A model generated the notes under the pieces. It did no database searches and had not been told where the DNA came from. It saw only the letters and a list, made by a program, of their open reading frames with translations. From Candidatus Omnitrophota bacterium (lineage in GTDB: Bacteria; Omnitrophota; Omnitrophia; Omnitrophales; JACROU01): DNA of 64,000 nt. Every line of letters begins with the position of its first letter. The first letter of the stretch is position 1. The translations under genes and the position numbers were made by a program. The DNA lies in contig JAJDCD010000023.1 of the NCBI GenBank assembly GCA_029261035.1, forward strand, positions 557,126 through 621,125. Direction: 5' to 3'. Below, in pieces: positions 57,294-64,000 of this stretch.

Positions 57294-57662
57294 GTGTCCA
57301 AAGATAAAGAATGTTTTATGAACATTGGCCCTAAAGAACAAAAGAAACGTCTTTTGATGGGGCTTGTGATGTCTTTTTTGGTTGCTCTATCCTTCTTTCT
57401 TTTAATGCCCTATACCGAAGTGAGTAAAGTTTCTCGTTTAACTTTATTTTTTCCTATTTACATGGCTTTTCTTTGTTTCTTCCAAGTTAAAGCGAAAACA
57501 TGTGTTATTTTTGCTTTAAAAGGACTTATGAATGTGGATGATGAGTTGAGGGTAATTCAGAATGAAGAAGCAAAGCAACAAGCGATGAAACAAGCTTATG
57601 CAGTTTTTGTGCAATCTTTTATTGCATCTTTCATTTTAACTTTTGTCTTATGTTTGCTTTAA
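57294..57662 (+). CDS. hypothetical membrane protein
   Basis: GTG start with GGAGG RBS; 3-4 TM. Confidence 0.4.
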   Translation: MSKDKECFMNIGPKEQKKRLLMGLVMSFLVALSFFLLMPYTEVSKVSRLTLFFPIYMAFLCFFQVKAKTCVIFALKGLMNVDDELRVIQNEEAKQQAMKQAYAVFVQSFIASFILTFVLCLL

Positions 57663-57681
57663 ACGAGATCAAAGCTACTTT

Positions 57682-58398
57682 ATGAAAATCCATTATCTAC
57701 AACATGTTTTATTTGAAGATGCAGCTCATATTGAAGTGTGGGCTAAGGAGTGGAATATTCCTGTGTCTCGGACTCAGTTATTTCTTGAAGACTTCACATT
57801 CCCTTCTGTAGATTCTTTTGATTGGCTTATCATCATGGGAGGTCCCATGAATATATATGAAGAAGCAAATTATCCTTGGTTGAAGCAAGAGAAAGAATTT
57901 ATTAAAAGAGCTATTGATTCAAAAAAGTTTGTATTAGGTATTTGTTTAGGCGCGCAGTTAATAGCGGATGTTTTGGGGGCTCGAGTTACTAAGAATGAAG
58001 AAAAGGAAATAGGTTGGTTTCCTGTTAATCAAATGGACTCGACATCCTCTGTTCTATTTCAGAATTGTCCTGAATCGTTTATGGCATTTCATTGGCACGG
58101 AGATGCTTTTCATATTCCTGAGGAGGCCTTTCATTCAGCTAAAAGCCAGATATGTTTGAATCAAGCGTTTGAATATAAAAAAAGAGTTTTTGGCCTTCAG
58201 TTTCATTTAGAGTCCACCCGTGAAAGCATCCAAAAATTAATAGCTCATTGTAATGATGAGCTTATAGAAGCGCGTTACATTCAGTCACAAGAGAAAATGA
58301 TGGAGCAGATAGATTATTGTGAAGAGATACATCAGTGGAACGAGCAGATTTTAAATAATATTTTAAAAGAGGGAACCAATAGTGAGGTTCTTGCGTAG
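57682..58398 (+). CDS. class I glutamine amidotransferase-like protein (GMP synthase GATase-domain homolog)
   Basis: GICLGAQL nucleophile-elbow Cys; HLE pair; start at MKIHYLQHV. Confidence 0.65.
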   Translation: MKIHYLQHVLFEDAAHIEVWAKEWNIPVSRTQLFLEDFTFPSVDSFDWLIIMGGPMNIYEEANYPWLKQEKEFIKRAIDSKKFVLGICLGAQLIADVLGARVTKNEEKEIGWFPVNQMDSTSSVLFQNCPESFMAFHWHGDAFHIPEEAFHSAKSQICLNQAFEYKKRVFGLQFHLESTRESIQKLIAHCNDELIEARYIQSQEKMMEQIDYCEEIHQWNEQILNNILKEGTNSEVLA

Positions 58399-58437
58399 AA
58401 CAAGTATATTGAATTAATTAAATTTAAGGAGAAAGCC

Positions 58438-59724
58438 ATGTCTGAAACACTTTTTTCTGGAGCAAGTCAGCGGTTAGATGCTGCGGTAAAGCACACCAAA
58501 ATTTCGGAAGATACGATTGAGCGATTGAAGTACCCAAAATCAACAATTAAAGTTTCGATTCCAGTTCGTATGGATAATGGAGAGCTGAAAGTTTTTGAAG
58601 GTTATCGTGTTAGGTACGATGACACAAGAGGTCCTGCTAAGGGTGGGATTCGTTTTCATCCGAATGTGTCGGTGGATGAAGTGCAGTCTCTTGCTTTTTG
58701 GATGACATTTAAGTGTGCCGCTGTCAATATTCCTTTTGGAGGAGGAAAGGGTGGGATTACAGTTAATCCAAAAGAGCTTTCTTTGGCTGAAGTTGAAAGA
58801 TTAAGTCGTGGGTATATTAATGCAGTTGCTGATTTTATTGGTCCTGACATCGATATCCCAGCTCCGGATGTTTATACCAATCAAATGATTATGGGTTGGA
58901 TGATGGATCAATATAGCGTAATCAAACGTCATATTGTTCCTGGAGTTATTACAGGAAAGCCTATTGCGATGGGAGGAAGTTTAGGTCGAGAAACAGCAAC
59001 GGCAATGGGTGCTTTTTATGTGATGCAAAATATGTTACCCAAATTTAAAAAAGAGCCTAAATCCACAACAGTGGCTGTTCAGGGATTTGGAAATGCCGGA
59101 TCTATTTTAGCAGAACTTCTTTTTGATGCAGGCTATAAAGTAGTTGCTGTCAGTGATTCTAAAGGTGGAATCTATTCCAAAGATGGGCTTAATATTCCAA
59201 GCGTAAAGAAGACAAAAGCAGAAACTCGAAAACTCGAAGCTGTTTATTGCGAAGGGTCTGTTTGTAATTTAGTGGATCATGAAAAGATTTCTAATGAAGA
59301 GTTGTTGGAGTTGGATGTGGATGTTTTAGTGCCAGCAGCATTAGAAAATCAAATTACTAAAGAAAATGCAGATAGAATTAAAGCGCCTTATATATTTGAA
59401 GTAGCGAATGGGCCGACAACACCTGAAGCGGATGCTGTTCTTGAATCGAAAGGAATTAAAGTGATTCCGGATATTTTAACGAATGCGGGCGGTGTAACTG
59501 TTAGTTATTTTGAATGGGTTCAAAATAGAATGGGTTATTATTGGTCTGAAGAAGAGGTGAACACAAAGCTAAAAGAAAAAATGATTCCAGAAACAGAAAG
59601 TATATGGAATATTGCACAAGAGAAAAAGATTTCTTTTAGAACAGCAGCATATGTTCATGCTTTGGATCGGATTGAATTGGCGGTTAATGCAAAGGGTGTT
59701 AAAAGTCATTTCGAGAAGGTGTAA
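58438..59724 (+). CDS. gdhA: glutamate dehydrogenase (Glu/Leu/Phe/Val dehydrogenase family)
   Basis: 428 aa; GGGKGG substrate-domain motif; GFGNAG Rossmann motif. Confidence 0.85.
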   Translation: MSETLFSGASQRLDAAVKHTKISEDTIERLKYPKSTIKVSIPVRMDNGELKVFEGYRVRYDDTRGPAKGGIRFHPNVSVDEVQSLAFWMTFKCAAVNIPFGGGKGGITVNPKELSLAEVERLSRGYINAVADFIGPDIDIPAPDVYTNQMIMGWMMDQYSVIKRHIVPGVITGKPIAMGGSLGRETATAMGAFYVMQNMLPKFKKEPKSTTVAVQGFGNAGSILAELLFDAGYKVVAVSDSKGGIYSKDGLNIPSVKKTKAETRKLEAVYCEGSVCNLVDHEKISNEELLELDVDVLVPAALENQITKENADRIKAPYIFEVANGPTTPEADAVLESKGIKVIPDILTNAGGVTVSYFEWVQNRMGYYWSEEEVNTKLKEKMIPETESIWNIAQEKKISFRTAAYVHALDRIELAVNAKGVKSHFEKV

Positions 59725-59732
59725 AAAGGTGG

Positions 59733-59829
59733 TTTGTCATTCTGAGGAGCATAGCGACGAAGAATCTATGATGTTTAAGTTTGCTACTCCTTTGTCAGAG
59801 ATCCTTCTCTCGGCTCAGGATGACAAATG
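59733..59829. repeat. inverted repeat tttgtcatYctgag ... ctcaggatgacaaa flanking a ~65-nt spacer
   Basis: ~14-bp arms; shares the ttgtcat core with repeat family R. Confidence 0.45.
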
Positions 59830-59832
59830 ACA

Positions 59833-60936
59833 TTAAATGGATTTTTTATCATATCCCACTAGTTCTGCGTAGGCATTCCCTTTGATCTTTTTGCCCCTTA
59901 TTCTTCCTTCAACCTTGCAACGTCCTTCCCAATAGGTGATGCCTGTAGATTTTGTTGTGATCATTTCTTGTTCTTTAACTGTAGGAGTTACAATGCAATG
60001 AAGGCCTTCGCTGGGAATAGAAATCTGCCAGGTTGAAGGGTAGGTGATGCCTGTCTTTTCGCTCTTCCACGATTCTAGTGGGTAGATTTGGAATTCGTTC
60101 TGATTTAAATTTCTTTTTACACCATCGCTGTAAATCCAAGTGCCAGCAGAATAAGTGTTGGGAAGTCCGTCTTCGTTTCTTACTTGATAGACAAGAAGCT
60201 CTTCGTTGTTGTCGAGCTGTAAAGCAAACCAGTCCCAACCAGGCAAATCTTTTTCTAATTGAGAGCTTGAAAACTCGTGGTCCATCCAAGCGCTTGCATT
60301 TTCAATTTTGTATTTCTTATCCTTAATTCTTATAGTTCCTTTTCCTTCTAAGCGTGTGATGGAAGTGTAATAAGATGAAAGTGCTTTGTTGGGATGTTTC
60401 TGACTAAAGCCATTCTCTCCGTTTAGTACCAGAGGTTTTGCTTGGTCTAGGTTGAGCATTAAACTGAAATCATCATGGTTTGCTCTTAAAAATAAGTTTT
60501 CTCCAATAAACCGAGCATCCCAACCTCCGAGCCACAGATTTAATTTTGTTTCACTTGCACCAGCATCATCAAAAGTACCCCGGCTCATTTTTTCTGTGAA
60601 GTAGAATTTCTTGTTTTTGTCATCTGTAATAGCAAAGTGTCCTAAATAAATAGAACGTAAAGTCCAAGGGGATGGGGCTGAGAGAGAATCGTCTGAGTTA
60701 ATGCCAACCCTAAAAAAACTAACTTCAAATCCAAAAGTTCTTTTTCGTGTTGTCTCAAGATGTCCTGTAAAGTACCACCATTCGGTTGCGTATTTAGAAT
60801 GCGCCCCATGATCTTTAGGAAATTTTAGTTCATAGCCTTTTCGTACTGTTTCGAAGGAAGTGCTAGAGAGAGCGGGAGAGGTTGTGAAAAGCAATCCCAA
60901 TAATAGAATAAAGGTGCAACACCCGAGTTTATTCAT
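59833..60936 (-). CDS. AttH/CrtC-like (hydroxyneurosporene-synthase fold) secreted lipocalin-like protein
   Basis: signal peptide; EWWYFTGHL motif; ATGAATAA overlap with the upstream permease stop. Confidence 0.5.
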   Translation of the reverse strand: MNKLGCCTFILLLGLLFTTSPALSSTSFETVRKGYELKFPKDHGAHSKYATEWWYFTGHLETTRKRTFGFEVSFFRVGINSDDSLSAPSPWTLRSIYLGHFAITDDKNKKFYFTEKMSRGTFDDAGASETKLNLWLGGWDARFIGENLFLRANHDDFSLMLNLDQAKPLVLNGENGFSQKHPNKALSSYYTSITRLEGKGTIRIKDKKYKIENASAWMDHEFSSSQLEKDLPGWDWFALQLDNNEELLVYQVRNEDGLPNTYSAGTWIYSDGVKRNLNQNEFQIYPLESWKSEKTGITYPSTWQISIPSEGLHCIVTPTVKEQEMITTKSTGITYWEGRCKVEGRIRGKKIKGNAYAELVGYDKKSI

Positions 60937-63496
60937 AATGAAGTACCTTTCCATCGATCTTACGGGCTATAAAAAGTCCTGGAAAAAACCCGGCAAGGAA
61001 GGAGATGGCTGTTGCTCCGATAGAAGTTGATATAAGTAAAATCCAAGGGATTTGAAAACTCACACTCCACCCAAAGAAGAATTTGTTTACAACAAAAATT
61101 AACAAAAATGCCAAGCAAAAACCGAGTCCAATGCCACTTATCAGAGAAGTAGTCCCAATAAATAAAGATTCAGACGTAATCATTTTAATCAACGAAAGGT
61201 TACTGGAACCAATAGCACGCATAACTCCAAACTCTCTTGTTCTTTCCATCATGAGCATAAGAACAGAATTTAAAATGGTAAATCCAGAAATGATTAAAGC
61301 GATAAATTGAAGTGAGTAAGTAATTTTGAAGGTGTCATCAAAAATCTTTAATACTTCATTTCTTAATGTCTGGTTGTTTCGAACCAGTAAATACTCTTCA
61401 GAAAATGTTTTTTGAATTTCTTTCGAGAGAACACTAGCAGAGTAGCCTTCTTTGAGATAGAGGGCCATTCCTTGTTTTTGAGATTGATTGGTTAGACGTT
61501 TAAAATAAGTGTCTGGAACGAGTATAACCCCTTGGTCTGAAGAGTAGTCATAAAAAATGTTAACCACTTTTCCTACTAAGTACTCATCATTGCCTGGGAT
61601 GAATAATTGGTCTCCTATTTTAATATTAAATCGATTGGCATATGGTTCGGAAACAAGGCAGATATTTTCTTCGGAAAGAGTGTCTTTGAATTGATCCATA
61701 GACATTTTCTTTTTCAGCAGAAGTCGATCGTGCTTTTTGAGGATTTCAAATCGAACTCCTTCTAATTTAATTTCACGGTTATCTTGAATTATTTTTTGTG
61801 TTGAAACCCAATCATAATCTTCAACTCCAGGATGGTTTTGTAAATAAGTTATAATTTTTTCTGGGATATAACCTCCTTTACGACCATCAATGGCGTAGGC
61901 AGTGCTAACAAAAATATCTGCTTTAGTTGCGTGGTGAATCCAATTGTCGACTGTATTTCTAAAACTTAAGATCATCATAGACACTCCTATAAACATACCA
62001 ATGGCAATCGTCATGGCAGCAATGGCAGCAGCGTTTCTCTTTAGAGTCATACGAATGTGATCCATTGCTAAATGAAGTTCGAGGCCAATGAGTTTCCCTA
62101 AAACCTTTTTGCATAAAAGAATGGAGGCGCTTAAAAAAGCAGGAATTAGAAGGCAAACCCCTATAACGAGAAGTACTGGGGATACAAAACCCATTAAAAG
62201 ATGGATGTTTAAGAGTTCTTGCTTAGCAAAAATAACTGCAAGAGTTAGAAAAACTCCTGACAGAATTGTGAGAGGCCAAATCCAAGAGTTGAATTTAGTT
62301 TCGATGTTTTGGTAGCTAAAACTTTCTCGAGGTGGGATTTTGAAAATATCAATGCTGGGTAGAAGGCTTGCCATGCAAGCAACAGAGGGTCCTAATAAGA
62401 GGCTTTTAATTATTAAAGAAGGGCTTAGGTGAACTTCACTGATTTCTATAGGTAAATATAAAGTAGAGAAGCTTTGGCTGATCCATTGAATGCAAGTAAA
62501 GGAAAAGAGGTATCCCAAGCCGATGCCGAGCCCAGAAGCAATGAGTCCTGTTAAAATGCTTTCCATCGTTATTAGCCAGAACAAAGTTTGAGGTCTTTCT
62601 CCTAAACAAAGCAGAATACCCATTTCTTTTTTTCGCTTTAATACGTTGTAGCTTACAATATTATATATTAATAAAAAAGCAACCAGCAATGAAATGCAGG
62701 ATAAAAAGTTGAGGTTAAGTTGATAGGCTTGAGTCATCTTGACAGCTTGTTCGTTTTTTTCTTCGTCACTATAGAGTTTTCCAACCCCTTGCATTAAATG
62801 CTGAATTTCTTCTTTGACGGTACCCTTATTTGTTCCAGATTTTGTTTCAATATCAAGCGTGTCGACATATCCGTAGTCTTGAAAGAGGTCTTGATAGTGA
62901 GCTATGTCTGTAATAATAATTTTTCCTCCAAAAGCTTCTGCAATGCCTTCTTCTGGTAGAGTGGACACAATCTCTAGAGACTTCTTTTTTGTATTAACAA
63001 GGATCGAAAAGGGGTTGTCTTGGGTTAGGTCGAACAGAGATTTAGAAGCGAATACTTTTCTTGAGTTCCTGAGCACATCAATGGTTTGGTAGCGTTGGTC
63101 TTTATTTTGAAAAACATCCCAATATTGAAGAGTTGGATTATTGACAAGGTCAACACCCACCACCTGAACCATTCCTAGACGGTTGCCTTTAGAAAAAGCT
63201 TGTACAAATTGGCTGCTACGAGGGGATACCGTGTCTACACTTACCATATTTTTTATTTGAGCAATAAGTTTTTCTGGAATGCCAGCAGAAGTGCCATGGA
63301 CCGTTAATCCGCTTCTGCCTGCTAGTTTTTGTGTGGAGTAGCTAAAGCTTTCAAAAGCATTTTGGTTTGCCAAATGGATGGAAACAAAAACCGCAATGCC
63401 CAAAGTCATGCCAAAAAGGGCTAAAAAAGATTTAAACTTATCATTTTTTATATGGGAAAGAGAGAGTGTCTTAAAAAGTCTAAATAATTTTATCAT
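60929..63496 (-). CDS. ABC transporter permease with two FtsX domains and MacB-like periplasmic domains (AttF/G-like, fused)
   Basis: 855 aa; two four-TM FtsX modules each preceded by a large periplasmic domain. Confidence 0.7.
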   Translation of the reverse strand: MIKLFRLFKTLSLSHIKNDKFKSFLALFGMTLGIAVFVSIHLANQNAFESFSYSTQKLAGRSGLTVHGTSAGIPEKLIAQIKNMVSVDTVSPRSSQFVQAFSKGNRLGMVQVVGVDLVNNPTLQYWDVFQNKDQRYQTIDVLRNSRKVFASKSLFDLTQDNPFSILVNTKKKSLEIVSTLPEEGIAEAFGGKIIITDIAHYQDLFQDYGYVDTLDIETKSGTNKGTVKEEIQHLMQGVGKLYSDEEKNEQAVKMTQAYQLNLNFLSCISLLVAFLLIYNIVSYNVLKRKKEMGILLCLGERPQTLFWLITMESILTGLIASGLGIGLGYLFSFTCIQWISQSFSTLYLPIEISEVHLSPSLIIKSLLLGPSVACMASLLPSIDIFKIPPRESFSYQNIETKFNSWIWPLTILSGVFLTLAVIFAKQELLNIHLLMGFVSPVLLVIGVCLLIPAFLSASILLCKKVLGKLIGLELHLAMDHIRMTLKRNAAAIAAMTIAIGMFIGVSMMILSFRNTVDNWIHHATKADIFVSTAYAIDGRKGGYIPEKIITYLQNHPGVEDYDWVSTQKIIQDNREIKLEGVRFEILKKHDRLLLKKKMSMDQFKDTLSEENICLVSEPYANRFNIKIGDQLFIPGNDEYLVGKVVNIFYDYSSDQGVILVPDTYFKRLTNQSQKQGMALYLKEGYSASVLSKEIQKTFSEEYLLVRNNQTLRNEVLKIFDDTFKITYSLQFIALIISGFTILNSVLMLMMERTREFGVMRAIGSSNLSLIKMITSESLFIGTTSLISGIGLGFCLAFLLIFVVNKFFFGWSVSFQIPWILLISTSIGATAISFLAGFFPGLFIARKIDGKVLHYE

Positions 63497-63508
63497 GAGG
63501 TTTCAGGG

Positions 63509-64000
63509 TCAATGCTGAGGTTGTTTGGTTATTTGTTTTACGAGTTTTCCCTCTTTTAATTTGTATTTTTCATCCGCACGTTCAATGAAGGCCTCGTCAT
63601 GAGTAACTACAAGAATAGTCATCTTTTCTTTTTCTTTTAACTCTGAAAAAATTTCAATCATTTTATCTCGATTTTTTAAATCTAGATTACCACTAGGTTC
63701 GTCTGCCAACAGAATGGAAGGTCGATTCATAAGAGCGCGTGCAATAGCGGCTCTTTGTATTTCTCCACCTGAAACTTGATGAGGAAGTCGATGGGCCTCT
63801 TTGTTGAGTCCAACGGCTTCGATGCAGTTTTCTACTCTTTCCTTCAGTATTTTATTTTTCATTCCTTGAAGTTGTCCAGGAATAGCAATGTTGTCTTTGA
63901 TTGTTAATGTAGGTAAAAGGTTGAAAAACTGAAAGACAATCCCAACATGATTAAGTCGATATTGAGCCAGCTCCTCAGAAGATTTAGAATGAATTTTTTC
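63509..64000 (-). CDS. ABC transporter ATP-binding protein (LolD/MacB-type), N-terminus outside the window
   Basis: reading frame continues open to the window edge (…HVGIVFQFFNLLPTLTIKDNIAIP…); signature VSGGEIQR; Walker B LLADEP; H-loop VTHD. Confidence 0.75.
   Translation of the reverse strand, partial: EKIHSKSSEELAQYRLNHVGIVFQFFNLLPTLTIKDNIAIPGQLQGMKNKILKERVENCIEAVGLNKEAHRLPHQVSGGEIQRAAIARALMNRPSILLADEPSGNLDLKNRDKMIEIFSELKEKEKMTILVVTHDEAFIERADEKYKLKEGKLVKQITKQPQH

Noticed and set aside
59612-59830. 72-aa + ORF overlapping the end of gdhA and the inverted-repeat element
   Set aside because: It is out of frame with gdhA, has no RBS, and its open frame is explained by the repeat.
1-64000. 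Search for a CRISPR array, IS/transposase, integrase, phage genes or known defense genes
   Set aside because: No regularly spaced direct repeats, no transposase, integrase or recombinase-like ORFs, and no nuclease or helicase defense signatures were seen. The only repetitive DNA is the set of short intergenic hairpin and AT-rich elements reported above.

Overview
This 64 kb window is gene-dense (about 65 protein genes) and low-GC (roughly 38-40%). Gene content and the ribosomal protein L33 sequence suggest an environmental Chlamydiae-like or similar host-associated bacterium; this taxonomic guess is inference only. Most of the window is ordinary chromosomal housekeeping, transport and stress genes.

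Recognisable genes include an FKBP-type peptidyl-prolyl isomerase and topoisomerase I with Topo_C repeats and a lysine-rich tail. Sulfur and C1 metabolism is represented by methylenetetrahydrofolate reductase (MetF) and a lone sulfite reductase hemoprotein (CysI). Oxidative-stress genes are a Cu/Zn superoxide dismutase and a 2-Cys peroxiredoxin. Cation transport is covered by an NhaP-type antiporter and a complete mrpABCDEFG operon, and a Pho supercluster (phoBR-like, an OprP-like porin, pstSCAB, phoU) runs into gpmA. Central metabolism contributes acetyl-CoA synthetase, glutamate dehydrogenase, and a 2-oxoacid:ferredoxin oxidoreductase alpha/beta pair (korAB) flanked by CBS-domain proteins. 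The window ends with an AttEFGH-like ABC transporter operon cut by the window edge.

Two real small genes fall below the 60-aa cutoff of the ORF track: an entericidin-family lipoprotein and ribosomal protein L33 (rpmG). No tRNA, rRNA, CRISPR array, IS element or obvious phage or defense module was found.

The most unusual items are:
- a 1124-aa uncharacterized cytoplasmic protein;
- two paralogous secreted Cys-cluster proteins, one followed by a 42-aa secreted peptide with three Cys-Cys pairs and the other by a Met/His-rich outer-membrane barrel, next to Cu/Zn superoxide dismutase;
- several families of dispersed intergenic repeats and hairpins, including a ~150-nt AT-rich element present twice, a GTGAC-palindrome and direct-repeat cluster beside rpmG, and CCCTCTCCCT-N4-AGGGAGAGGG palindromes flanking a DedA gene.

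All coordinates are from manual reading. Starts were revised where the ORF track gave implausible N-terminal extensions.
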